Assembly: GCA_030141605.1 (NCBI GenBank)
Contig: JAQGDQ010000358.1
Span: 1-64,000 of the forward strand
Direction: 5' to 3'
DNA: 64,000 nt
Source: Tubiluchus corallicola
Lineage: Eukaryota > Animalia > Priapulida
The number at the start of each line of letters is the position of its first letter. Positions within the stretch are counted from its first letter, which is position 1. The notes beneath the pieces were generated by a model, which saw only the letters and a program-made list of their open reading frames with translations, did no database searches and had not been told where the DNA came from. Shown piece by piece: positions 1 through 33,303 of the stretch. The position numbers and the translations under genes were made by a program.

Positions 1-235
1 TAGAGCTGGATGCGGTAACTGGTTAGCTGGTTATGAAATGGGCAATAACATCTTGAGATAAATCAATAAACCCGTTTTCCTTAAGGCAAAGACAAATAAA
101 AACAAAAACAAAAACTTTTAACAAACAAAAAAAAATAAAATAAAAATAATACTCTTACAAACTAATTTAATATTATTAGCAACTCGCAGCCTAATAACTA
201 CAGCATGTATTTGAAAACTGAGTTTAGAATTACTA

Positions 236-19927
<19,692 letters not shown>

Positions 19928-20074
19928 TATTGGATTCAGAATAATTTACAACAACTCCCGTGGTTAAAAAAATTGCATGTAAATGTTTACCAGTTAAAAT
20001 TTGATGATAACTCGTGAAAACAAAAACAACGACTCTTCCCCTCACAATAGTGAGGATTCGAGGAATCCCAAAAC

Positions 20075-20158
20075 TGCGCATGCTCAAATGACGTCAGAAA
20101 AAAATGTTCGCGGAGCAGGCCAACTGTGAGAGCAACTTAGACGAGATCACGTGATCTC
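20075..20158. promoter_or_regulatory. Probable Mi-2/CHD proximal promoter: NRF1-like site, CRE and palindromic E-box
   Basis: TGCGCATGCTCA 20075-20086, TGACGTCA 20089-20096, GAGATCACGTGATCTC 20143-20158; 150-230 bp upstream of the ATG in a locally CpG-rich stretch. Confidence 0.55.
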
Positions 20159-20784
20159 ATAATTATGCTAGAGTGGGAATAGAATTGTTAGTTAATTTAC
20201 GTTTATTTTTGGTAACTTACTAAACATGTGAATATATATAGACTATGTAAATAGCTATAATGTTTAAGCAATGAATCAATGAGCAATAAATAAAAAAATG
20301 AATGAAGGAATAAAATGAAAAGAAAACCCTTGGGCTTAGCTATAGTAGTTACTACCAGTTGAGCAGGAGAACGAGCAGACAAACAATTGGAAAAGTTAAA
20401 TTAGCTAGAAGGTACCCAGTAAAAGTACTGTGGTATACCCTTACATAAAGGTTAATATGGACAAAATTTTGTTTTGCCCGATCTGTTATTACATGTCAGT
20501 TTTTATTTTATGATAACTACCCGTGTTACGGGATAATAACATTGCCATAGTAGATTTTTAAAATAATAATACTTAAGACAATTCTCATTACGACCTCGTG
20601 ACCCAGACTTTTGAGCTTTTGGAAAGAAAGCAAAGAGTTTCGAGATTTGGACCAGACTAATCCCTACGCCAAGTTTGATGATGAAGCTGAGAGAAAAGAG
20701 AGAAAAGGGAGAAATAGAAAATGAGGAGATCTCAATGAGGAGGATGACAACGTTGAGAATGATGATGTTAATGTTGACAATGAT

Positions 20785-20872
20785 ATGACATGACATGACA
20801 TGACACGACACGACACGACACGACACGACACGACACGACACGACACGATACGATACGATACGATATGACATG
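20785..20872. repeat. Compound pentanucleotide microsatellite (GACAT)n(GACAC)n(GATAC)n
   Basis: Directly visible. Confidence 0.9.
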
Positions 20873-21204
20873 ATAATTATAACATGGTATGATAAGATGA
20901 TGATGATGACGTAGCTTGCAGTGATCTATACTTTGAATACTTGCACTTAATTAGTTGAAGCACATTACGTACATGAAACATTTTTCTGTTGTGTTTGCTG
21001 CACACATATAGCGTAGTATAGTGAAAATATTAAAAGAAAATTCCCTTTCGGGAGTATAAGGTTTTGCTATTGCTTTAAAACCCCCGTGGTTTCAGGAATG
21101 AGCGCATACTGGTTCTACAAAAATTTTTCCCAGTTTAGTAGCACTTGCATTTTTCTTCAAAATGAATATTGCAACTGTTGCTAAAGCTACACTTTTATGC
21201 CTCG

Positions 21205-21280
21205 CCTCTAGATGGCAGTGAAAAGTCGTAGTCTAATCCATAGTCATTCCTAGTTTTTATTCTTCACCTCCAGGTGGCAA
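21205..21280 (+). promoter_or_regulatory. Two co-oriented CTCF-like motifs
   Basis: CCTCTAGATGGCAG 21205-21218 and CCTCCAGGTGGCAA 21267-21280, both close to the core CCASYAGRKGGCRS. Confidence 0.5.
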
Positions 21281-23982
21281 TGCATTTCTGAATGAGTAAT
21301 TCAATATTCACAGCGTAAAAGGGTACTCTAATTCCGGTTAAAGAATTCCGGTATCAGAATGTCTCCCTAGTAATTTAGAAACCAACGTTGCTCACAGTGC
21401 AAATAATAGTATACTGTTAGCTATACCGCGAGTCTGTGATATTATTTAACAGTACCCAGCGCAGCAGTTGAGCAAACCAGATGCTATATTATCAGAACGA
21501 TATAACGTTCTTAACAATATTTTACAATAATAATTTTAATTGTAATATTAATTATAATTGTTCTAATTGGTTGCTAAGACAAAAACGAATAGAAACAATT
21601 ATTTTCGTTTTTAGCAAAAAACTATTATTATTTGCCCGTACCAAATAAATAGACATGTTGCAACAAAAACCTTTGTTTAAAATAAAACGTTTTGGTAATT
21701 GGTATAACAGATTTTCCATTTTTTACAAATCATTTGTAAAGATTAAAATTAACCTCTGATTACCACCCCAATCCACCACCACACAAAACCCACCACCCCC
21801 ACCCCACACACACACTTAATCTACTTTAATTATACAGGTATAGGCCATACATATGCCAATATACATAGATACTTAGAAAATAGATATAGGCTCTGACTTT
21901 TGTGACTACGAAGTAAAATAAATAATATTAAGAACAGACTGGTACGCGTTCATTACATTTCGTTGCGAATTATAATAATTAGTCAAAAATGACCATAATT
22001 CACGAAGAAAATGAATTGGCAAAGATGTAAGTTTTTACTTTTTGGATATTTTGTAAGCAACTTGTAGGAACTTTCTCGTGACTTCGTTATACCAACCAGC
22101 CACCCAACAAATAAAAGCCAGTCAATCAAACAAACGGAAAAACAAATAAACATAAAGCAAACAAGCACACAGGCACACAGGCACATAAACGAAGAAACTT
22201 GGTTATTGGGTGTGATTGTCTTTCTTTGTAAGTATGTCGTGCGCCTAACACCAAATCTTTGTCAAACGGGTCACTTGGGTCCTGGATCAGCTGGATCAGT
22301 CAGTTCAGACTCCATAGCCCGGTTCCAATACTGATAGTAATTACCTTAATCAATTGTACTGAAAAATGGAAGTATTCCAATTAAAATACTGAAAAATTAA
22401 AATTAAAATTATCAAAAAGCACGCATCTGTGAAAAAATCACACAACTTTGTAATTTCTAACTTAAATTTAATTTATACAATACTGTAATTGGGATAGTTT
22501 AAGTGTTCTATACAATTGATATTAGTAACTTCTATTACCGAAACGACTTGTCAAAAATTAAGAAATATTGCTCATTAAAATAAAAAAAATTACCGTTTCT
22601 TAAAAGGTCAAGAAAAAATGCGCACAATGTAAATGCGTACGCCTACATACTGTAACGAGGCAAATTTTTATTGTCAGTTTAAACAGCTTGCTACCATTAT
22701 AGTAATTTTGTTAAAACTTGTGAACATACTACAAATTGCAAGAACGTGTGCCTGAAAGTACAAGATTCTAGATTCAATTCCTAGTTGAATTACAATTTTT
22801 CAACGTCTCCTTCATCAGCTAATTAGCTGTTTGGCTAATTATTGTAAACATGCTGTTTCCTGAATTTGCGTACCTATGTGTGCAGGCATGCGTGGCCTGC
22901 CTGTCTGAAGAATTTCTGCATGACCTGAAGCACAGTTACCTATTACCCCAAACCAAACTTAACAAGAGTTATTTCTTGTACATTACTATTAAAAAGCTGA
23001 TAAAAGCTGTTGCTAATCTTGCTTTGTTGGCTCGATTTTCCAATAATGTCTGGAGTAGAGCGGTAGAAGCCAATTAATATAGCCTATTATAGTATTTACT
23101 GTGTTTTTTGTTTATTTTTTCTCATATGCAGTAAATTGTTAAGTAACTAACGACAAAATTTTGTAATAATAACTCTCGATTTAGGTGTCAACTCGCGAAA
23201 ATTCCAATTTTAATTGTTAAATTTCATTATTGTATTGCTAGCTTAGTGTGAAACCTAAAGCCATCTTAACATGTATTGCCTCCCAGACCTTAATACAAAA
23301 GAGCACCAAAATAATCAGCAAAACATGCGTAGTAAGAATATGTGATCTACATTGCAGTTGTTTTCGTTATACAAATTTATTATAATTATGCATTTTTTAT
23401 TAAATTTTTCAGAGGTAATGAAGCCATTTACTTTGTCATTAAATCTTGGTATAGTGTCAGGTATGCACTATTATTTTTTGCGTACCTAAAAACATCGTTG
23501 TTAATTTCATGACCGCTCAAAGAGACCATCTCTCTAAATTTCTATATGCAGGAAACAGTTATTAAGAGGTACTTATCGATGACGATGAATTAGAAAAGGT
23601 AAAAACAATTATCTTTTATTTAATTTGCATGCTGCAAGTTCTCAATTTACTTGTTGTTAATACACCAGAAACATAGATGTATGAGAGGAAATTTCACAGG
23701 GGGAGGTGGGCTGAATGAATTTGCTATGAACATTTTCTAAGATGCCCCAGTCTGATTTGTGTGATATCCAAATAAGCCAGCAATAGTACACATATTTAAA
23801 TATGATATAGAATAACAAAAATGTCTAAAAAACAAAAGATCTATTCTTATACGTATATAATATTAGGAAATTACATTATTAAGTTTTACTAAAAATCATG
23901 ATTCTAACATGATACAAGTTGGTGGTTTATATTGTTGCTATGCAAATACTTTCAGACATACTGATTCAAATACTTTGTTAAC

Positions 23983-23984
<2 letters not shown>

Positions 23985-24075
<91 letters not shown>

Positions 24076-24146
24076 CAAAGAGAGAGAGACTGAGAGAGTG
24101 AGAGAAAGAGAGAGGGAGAGAGAGAGGCAGAGAGAGACAGACAGAC

Positions 24147-24205
<59 letters not shown>
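23985..24205. repeat. (AG)n microsatellite with AGAC interruptions
   Basis: Directly visible. Confidence 0.95.
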
Positions 24206-24209
<4 letters not shown>

Positions 24210-24900
24210 ATTATATTGCGAAATATTTAAATGCAAAGCTAAGGGGTTTTTATTATTTTCTTTTAAAAAGTGCATATTTTCCTATAGATTCAGATGATTT
24301 TTGGACGTCTTATACATACTGAAGGGTGTACAAGGCGGGAAGCCTAGTGTGGAGTGGAAGGAGGGTTTGAGCAGTAAACCACCAAGGGCAAATGAAATGT
24401 ACATTTTCTGGGCAAACAATTCTGTATTAAAATTTTAAACTTCAAAAATCACTTACATGCTGCACGACCTTTTCACTGATTGATACTAAAGTATTTCTAT
24501 ATGTATGTACTATGTATTAACAATGTAATATTTATTTCAACAAAATATTTATACAGTTTTTTCAACAAAAATGCATACATAAAAATTAAATATTGTCTTA
24601 AATTTTATAAGATAAATAACATGCATTTACTTTTTTCAAATTTCAGACAAATCGATGTCGTTTGTTACAAACACTCAAACTAAAATGTGCTGCTAGCCAA
24701 TGAATTATATGTGGCTTATTTGGCAAAGAACCTGCCTTGTAAACAGGAGTTTCTAATGTCGAACACAGGCCGAAACATTTCGCTTTTTCCGTATGTCATA
24801 GAGCCAATATTGCCATTTCACGCTGGAAGACATTTGTCATTAATATCTCTTTGTAATTTCATATTTTGTACCAAGTAAAGCTAAATCACTGCGATAGGTA

Positions 24901-24901
<1 letters not shown>

Positions 24902-24983
<82 letters not shown>
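24902..24983. repeat. (AAT)n microsatellite
   Basis: Directly visible. Confidence 0.95.
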
Positions 24984-24985
<2 letters not shown>

Positions 24986-25348
24986 GTCTTTTCCTGCAGT
25001 TGCAATATTTAGCCACAGTTAAAACTGCCCAAAGAAGTTTTAATAATGATTTTTTGTATTTACCTAGTTCTATTAATGGCATGGGTAAAGCTTTATTGGA
25101 ATTTAGAATTTTAAAATTTTAGAATTTATTGCTAGATTTATCATGAGCTTACAATAAGAGCATATTGGAAAACATAACTTTATAAAAAACGCATGGTCCA
25201 GCATATTTTTGCAACATGCACTCACTGTGAACAGTTAGCATACAGCGGATAAATGTCGACTGATGATTGCTGCACGGGTAGAAATATTAATCTGATTCAT
25301 AGAGATAGATAAGAAGCCCTTGTTTTTATAAAAAGCAAAAACAGGTTC

Positions 25349-28300
25349 TTAAAACTGCGTGCTATCTCCAGAAACGGAGTTTACAGCACTGTGTGGCTGG
25401 TAATTGTGGACACGTTTGTCTCGCAGCATCCGTTGCTGTATCACCTTGCTCTTCTTTGGCGGCTTTTTCTTCTCGAAATTAAGCACAAAAATGCGGTAAC
25501 ACTGCAGAATTATCACCAATGTGTTTTTCGACGTAAAGAAGATGTTCATGTAACTGCAAAAGAAGCGTATATAAGAGAAATATTTAGTCAAATTTCATTA
25601 CCCAAGTGGGAAGATCTGGTATACTTGGACTTTTCTAATAATTTCTAAGCCTAATCTACATGAATTATGTAGTATTGTTTATAAAATGATGAAAATATTG
25701 TACGCCCACATTCTTGCAGTAGTATAGTTTAGATCTCCAAGCATTAGCAGATTGAAAACGACCCAAATTTAAAATGTATTAACATTATTAAAAAGTATTA
25801 AATGTATTAATAACTTGAGAAAGAGCCAATAAGACCGCAGTAGGTTGTCGCGGAAAATCCGTCTATTACAATACCTTGTTTCTTCCGAAACAAGACAATT
25901 ATAATAATAATAAAAGCAGGTATCTAGAAATAGTTATTATAACTCCTATGCTATTGCTAATATAATAGGGTATTATAAGTGACTCTTATTGCGATAGTAG
26001 ATCTGAGTAATCTCCCTCCCCCTCCTTACTGGACCCTGATGTGTTTTTTGCTTCGGCGGTTGATCTTAGCGATATTTCAGAACCATAAAAGCTGGTTCCC
26101 AAACACATCCAGAGAAAGTTTACAGACCTCACAACCTCATACTTGAAGATCAAACACAGTCGGAGTCCAAGAAATGGAACGTCCTGGAAGAACAGACTTA
26201 TGAGAACGCCAGCGACATCTGTCGTACAACACGTTTGCCTGCAGGTGGCGTCCGCCGCCGGGGTATCGCGTTTCGTAACAGTTCCTGTAATGTTACTAAA
26301 ATAATTCAAATATGTGTATATTCCACTGAAAATTAATCTGCATTTCCATGGATGAAAGCAAAATGAAAATCTGATTGATCACTTTTGGTGCTCTGCAAAA
26401 TTATGCCACAGAGAGACAATAAAAATGACACTCTTTGCATCCGCATTACAATCAAATTCGTCTAGCAGTGAAATATATAGTATGTAGTACGACTTAAAAG
26501 TCGTCGCAATATGATTTTGTTGTAAGAAAACCCCCACGGAGCCTATAAATTGGCACTCATAAAATATTTTCATGCCATGAGGAACTGTATCATTCCCCAA
26601 CAAACTGTGAATAGAATAAAGATTAACTGTCATTGGTGTCTGAGAGTACTTACTTACTGCTAGCCATTGTCAAAACGAAACGCCTAGATTTCCTTAGTTA
26701 TACTTATGGTTTCCAACATATTGTAACGTTTCAGCAGTTACATCTTACTTTGCCAAGTATAACAACATGGAAGAAAGATCATAACGAATAGTGTTTAAAT
26801 CACACCCTTCATTTATTCCTTTTTCTTAATGAGACGAGTGTTCGATGCTCACACTGGTCAATTTCACTTGCCGTACTGGCTCACATCTGCTCCTAAACGA
26901 AAGTGCATTCATATCCGAACTTTGGCTAAGACATTTCTGCCAATTCAATGTTTCATTTTAGAGAGATAGTTTTGATAATGAGTCAGGTCCAGTCTCGTCA
27001 CAACCACCCGTATTGTGTAGGCCTAGTCGCTGAATGCTGAATTCAATTTGCAGTGCACCGAATTGCATAAAAACTCGAGCACAAGTGGAGTTTTTAGCAG
27101 TAAAGAAAAGGTTATTGCTTTACTTGTTATATTTTCTACATTATCGTGGCTTGTCTGCATTAATTAATGAGATAATTGATTTTAATTATTTATTATTAGT
27201 AAAATAAAGATACCTGTTCTCGGTTTTCTGCCCTTTGTAGCTGTCAACACGAATGTGAATTGTAGGAGGCTCCATGACCACATCGACATGATGATTATGA
27301 TTAAAAGTTTGTTTGTCTTGACCTTTGGTTCCTAATAAATTCGCCAAATCGTCAGTTGGTTGAAAATCGTTAAAGTGGGAGAAAACGGAATTTTAAAGTA
27401 TGTGCCAAAAGTCTTTCCATACAAAGTTATGTTATTTTGCATTATGCTTACTTGTTTAAAAGACTTACATAATTGAAAAAGAAATTCTTACAATTTAAGT
27501 ATTAACGTCAATTGGTAAAACACCGAGATATCGCCATCTCATCGTACATAACAAGCTTAACAAAAACGCATTATTGATTTTATCGACAACATAAAGTAAT
27601 TTATACATTTGCTTGGCCAACGAAGAGTGTGCCACGAATTAATGTTTCAAACTTTACTCAAACTTATCTAAACTTGTTTCACACGACTCATCTTTAAAGG
27701 CCTCTGGGAACTGGGAAGTTAGGCTTATTCAATGTTCGCGAAAAATATTACAGGGATTTAGGAATAAAGTGTGATAAACGCTTTGTGTAAAATCATTTTA
27801 AAGTCACGATCATTTTACGTCGGTCATAGACTAAAGAGAAGCAGCGTACTGTCAATTTCCCGAAAGTGTAATAAGTTTTTACAAAAAAAAATAGATAACA
27901 AATTTTGTAACATTTTTACACGAAAATTAAGTAAGCTGCAGAAATGTGAAAGCTGCAGTTCGAGCTTACAGAAAGCCACAGTGCGCTTGCGAAAAGTCTC
28001 GAAGTCCGCTAGTTATGTCATAATTTTCAAATCAATGGCTGCTACCATCGTGCCTGAAAATTCCTACGCAGCGGTAGTATAAATTAAGTTTACGCTTTAT
28101 AGACAGTTTTTGCAATTTTTTGTGGTTATGTTTTTCTAAGTTTAAGTGATAACAGTAAAATAAACCCTACATGCTAAGTGACTTGTCTTTTCTTTTTAAA
28201 TGATACACCAAACGGTCATCGCGGAAGTTTAAATTTACAAATTTTATACAGCGTTACTGTTAACGCAAGCTCTGTATGCAGTAAGACAACATGTAAGTGG

Positions 28301-31300
28301 TACAATATTTCAAGGCGAATTTTTAAGGTTTGTTTATGAAGCGGTTTCTTATCTTTTAACAGTTATGAAAATGTAAATTCATTCATTCATTCATTCATTC
28401 ATTGAGACAGTCAGACAGATAGTCAGTCAGTCGGTCAATCAAGTCAGATAGTCAATAAATTAATCAAAAGAAGGGAGCTAACAACCAAATGATAAATATT
28501 AATTTTTTTACTAGTTCCTCTATTTGTTCGCTTGTACACTTGCTTTTTTATTCGTTTATTCACTCTAACATTCATTCATTGATTCGCTCATGCACTCATT
28601 TATTTACTTACTGACTGACTCCTTATATGTTTGTTCATTCACTGGTTTACCCGTCCGGCTGTCTGTCCATTTATCCACAGCTGCCCACACATTCGTCTGT
28701 TCATACCTTCAATCAGTCATATGGAGGTGACAACTTCTTGTGCTAAATTATTTACCTTAAACGCTTCAAAAAATTCAATGATGTCCGCAGCTGTGCCAAT
28801 GTAAACCAACAACAGTTGGGACAGCTCGTCACGTGACAGGTCTCCTTTAGGAAGCATCCACCTCCCAAGGATTAAAATAAAAAGTAGAAGTTGTTCTACC
28901 GCCAAAATCCAATGATCATTGGAAAGTTGGATAGGAATGGCAATATTCACCTACAGAAACAGAACGTACATTACAACAATAGTTCAAACTATCTACAAAC
29001 GCTGGGTGTATGTTTAGGAGAGGCTAAACAACTTTTGATCAGCTTAATAAATGGATGGTAACCACCAAGAAAATAACTTCCTCTACAATCATTCAGCTAT
29101 TTTTCTCATCGAGATAGGACGTACATACAACCAAATGTCTGTCGAATTAGTATCTCATCTTGCTCATTACAGTATATTTTTACAGTATCCTAACTTGATC
29201 ACCAGTTAGGTTTCAGTCCCGCCATACACGTAACATTGGAGTAAATATAACCATTAAGTATTGAACGCCATATTAATATAGCCAGAAGCAGGAGTGGCCG
29301 GCTAAGATAAGCCTTGTTTGGTATTTCATGCCAATAATCAAAATATTCAGATACCGGTGCTGCCATGTAGTCCCAGATTAACAGATTAAAAACGGGCATT
29401 AAAACATATCGTCTTTCTGTTATTGATCCAAATTTCGCTGCTATCTACGAAATGCATGGTAATTGGCTAGGATATGGTCACCTTTATGTCATGCAGTTAG
29501 ATCAAACGATTGCGTGATTAAGAAATATCTAGAGAATAACTAACTTGACAACACTCATAGCTAACTCCCCTTGGAAAAAAGTTAGATCATAATACGAGAT
29601 GCATATGGAATGTCACCATGCAACCGTTTAATTACATTTTACAAAAAAGGAATGGTTTATTTATTCACTTATTGAATTTCCTTTGTACAAAAATAATTTT
29701 TCATTTGTTTCCTTGTTTGTTTGTTTGCTTGCTTGTTGATTGGTTAGTGGGGTGGTCTGCTGCTACATATTAATTGACTAGTTAGTTGCCTGGCTAGAGA
29801 ATATATCCCGCGTTCTGGCAAAAAACTTTAGCTTTTAGCAAACTGTAACCCGTTGTAAGGCACTGATCAATAAGAGTTTTTCTAACATGGCATTTTTTGT
29901 TTCACCAAACCAGCTTAGCATTCCAGTCCGGAAATTTTTCATGCTGTAGTTTTAAGCACAGTTGTGTCATCTGTCAGCTGGAACACCTTATTGGAATACT
30001 GTGAAACTACAGTTACCCCTGGAATAGTGGGAAGGATCTCCAGATTAGTTGAGTTTGCCTTGTCAGTTGTTACATCAATTTCAGCTTTACTATCATTTGT
30101 CGTAGTTGTGCCATTCAAACGTTTATCCAAACGGTCCAGCTCTAGAAGCCATATTGCTGGTACGGTGCAACCCAAATAACAGAGAACACTCGGGCAAAAC
30201 CTACAAACACACACACGTCACGGATAAGTTTATCTAAATTTTCACAGTGATCAGCTTTTTGCAAGGGGAAGTTTATTCTGCGTATGGAGCACGTGGCTAA
30301 AACGCAAGACATAACAGCGAAATAATGAGGGGGAAAAGCAAATTCCTCGTGTGTAGTTTCCGTTTGATGTCATTAGTCAAGGTGGTAAATGAACTGTTAA
30401 TATAATAATGAACAAGTAACTGTTCAAACGACCACGACTGTTAATATTAGCTAAGAACACACCCGATATTACGAGACCTGCGTTTGCACTTCATATCACT
30501 CGTCATGAATGTGATAAAATAATTTTGCTCTCCACGAGTTTCATGGTTGTTTTGTTTGTTTTAAGCACAGAAAATATGCTAGCAGTGGATATTTTAACAA
30601 TCCAAAAGAAACGTGGTTGTTCACAAAATCAGAAGTAGTTACATCTGCCATATTAAAAACAACTATTGACGAAGCCGACAGATGTACATTCTACATTGTA
30701 AATTTTCAAATGATTAAAAATTTTTCATTTTAATACGAAGAAATAAGTAAAAAGTTAAATGCCCAGGGGTTTTCTTAAACCATGTTAGCTTTTGCCATAA
30801 ATAAAATGCTTATTCTTAACATCAGTTACTCTAAGCATTGTATCTTTTGGTATAGAACTCAGCTGTACTCTTCAAAGTCACAATTTCCCACTGGTCATGC
30901 AAACTTTTTAGAACCTTCCACCTACTAATGGGGGTGAGGGTGTAATATTAACAACAGTAATTTTAGCGAACACCCTTGAAATCATTGAAGTAGTAGAACC
31001 AGGTTTACACAACAGAATTTCTACCCGATTTTGTCGATTGACAAAGTCCAGAAAAGCCTATCCAGCAGGCTGCATTTACATTGGAGTTCAAACATTGAAC
31101 AATTTAAACTTTGATGTCTGATAAATTCGTACTATTTGTACGTTGCACTTGTTACATTTGATTTGCAAAGATACCCAAATACTACATTTATAATCTAATT
31201 GTTGTCTTAAATTATTAAATGCCTTAACCTTACTCCCCTTCTCTGTCCCACTCTCCGTCCATCTCCTCTTTCTCTGTTCTCTGCCCCTTTCCCTCAATGT

Positions 31301-33303
31301 TTTATCCTCCTGTCTCACCTTTTCCCTCTTCCTTGCTTGGTCCCCCTCTCTCTCTCCTTTTTATACCCACTCGTATGTTTGTGAGCAAAAACATAATGCT
31401 TACTTTTATAATTGCATATTGCATACAATGAACAGCGGTAACTTTTGTTATTTACACTATTGAATACGCGTTTTCACATTTATCATTAAGTCTTTGTAGG
31501 ACCTCACAGAAAACGCGAAACGTTTTGTTATTGGTTGTAATAAAGTCATGAAGTCGTGTGAAAAGTAGGGCACCTCCCGACTTTAACCTACGAGTGGATC
31601 GACAAGTCAAATGTTAAGTTTTCCCATTCACACGACGTCCGACAAAGTTTCTCTGACTGCATCCGACTTTATCGTCTGATTTTTTTTGGTTATGTAAACA
31701 ATTCATTCGACTTCATACGACGGTCCGATTTTGTGGGATCGCGTAAACCCGGCGTGACACAACTTCGCTTGAAAAAAAGTTTTTTTGATTCTGATAGAAC
31801 ACAAAAGTTCACATGCAGTAACTGTAAGTTTTAGTTTCACTAACAAACTAATAAATGTTCAAGCAGGCAAATGATTAATAAAATATTTAAGTAAACTGAT
31901 TGGTGATGGGGAAAACGAATTCTTAAAATAAAAATAACAGCCAGCACACACTTAAGAAAACATATGGCGTTTATTCAGAAATAATCACCTAAACAAAAAT
32001 ACAGTGTAAAATATATATACAAAAATCAACACTGTAACCAGCAAACAAAGCAAATATTGTCTTGTTTGCTTGTCAGAGTGTTAATTTTATATAAATATTT
32101 TACACTATATTTTTATTTAGGTGATTGTTGCGTGAACATGACAATAACTATGTCGAAACGTTGCAGATGTTGTGTTTGAACAAAAGCCATGTCTTTTCTT
32201 AAGTGGGTGCTGGTTTTCATTTTTATTTTAAGTATTTAATTACTTATTCTAATATGTTTTGCCATAAACTAAAAAACAAAAACTGTATCCAGACTGGAAA
32301 TTTCGATTATTGTTGACGTTTTGTTGTCCAAAACAAGCTAAAAAATTTAATAACACAACGAATAACCAAATTACCACGTTACTGGTCATTTTCAGATACT
32401 AATCAAATTCTGATTCGACAAGTCTTGTGATATGTTTTCTAAATGATGCGATGACGATACGCCAGTTAAAAACATCATGATATTAGTTTTGAACAATACA
32501 AAACTATACTCAAATTTTACGTACAAATAAACGCTAATAATGAGTTAATGAAGTAAGCTACTCTGTATATTAAATAGTTTATGTTCATAAGATAACCTTA
32601 AACAAAAGCAAACGTACTTGTAACTCTTCAAAATGGAAGAGTTGCGGTATTTGCACTGATTCTGAGCGTTTTTGTGCAAAGTAACCGTATAAAACTGACT
32701 TAAAATTGTAAACTTGCCCGCATTTTCAGCTTTCGCCAAAACTTCTTATTCTCCAAAAGCCCTCCCGTTAGCAGCTGGAACTTTGTTAATTTAATTATTG
32801 TGATTGGAAAACTGATCATTTTCAAAACAACATTAACCAGTTAAGTGTATTCATTGTTAACCTAGTATAACATTCAATGAAATTGATTAACAAACAATGC
32901 CATCAACTAATCTCATTCTCTGTTTTGGTATTTGACTGCCTACTGATTATTAACCGTTTTTCCAACAGTTAAACGCTAACAATACCTGAAATTTGTAACA
33001 GACTTTACAAGAATGCGCTTTCGACATAATTTCAGAATTTTCTCAGAATTTTTTATATTAGTTATTGTAGATTTAAACCGATTTGAAAAACAACTGTTAC
33101 AGTTACAGTTACCATTTCCATTCTTTTCCTCGACGGCAAGCTATTGTGAAAATGCTCTCGAAAAACAGTGACCCCATTGCACTGGTCAAAATCCACCAGA
33201 ACGGGTCTTCTTTCACTGCAGTCAGTCTCCATATCGCAATAAATCCGTGAATACTAAAAACTACGCGCGTGGTGATGGCTTTGAAAACTACAAAGAAGCC
33301 CAT
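25349..33303 (-). CDS. TMEM26: Transmembrane protein 26 homolog, complete, 6 coding exons, 349 aa
   Basis: Exons 33113-33303, 30017-30200, 28756-28950, 27214-27331, 26128-26284, 25349-25553 (1050 nt; intron phases 2,0,0,1,2, all GT-AG). Family motifs GKEWKWFCPSVLCYL..VPAIWLLEL, GRWMLPKGDLSRDELSQLLLVYIGTAADIIEF, WSWSLLQF, QDVPFLGLRL, FFTSKNTLVIILQCYR. Confidence 0.93.
31923..32232. mobile_element. Palindromic (foldback) element / MITE in TMEM26 intron 1
   Basis: Left arm 31923-32053 pairs imperfectly with right arm 32056-32232 (which carries a ~40-bp insert), e.g. ccagcacacacttaagaaaa / ttttcttaagtgggtgctgg. Confidence 0.65.

Noticed and set aside
1-80. Acceptor-like tttgtctttgccttaag (minus strand) as the next CHD exon
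   Set aside because: Phase 0 gives ENGFIDLSQDVIAHFITS* with no similarity to the expected VNY; phase 1 gives an immediate TGA. The next exon is probably outside the window.
23909-24322. ORFs with poly-ER/LS, poly-I/L/M or SIYL/SFFL runs (also 20503, 24840, 35222, 37596, 37726, 41739, 41810, 42075, 44518, 54409, 57010)
   Set aside because: Translations of microsatellites.
26238-26251. CTCF-like CCTGCAGGTGGCGT
   Set aside because: Lies inside a TMEM26 coding exon and is explained by codons; single site.
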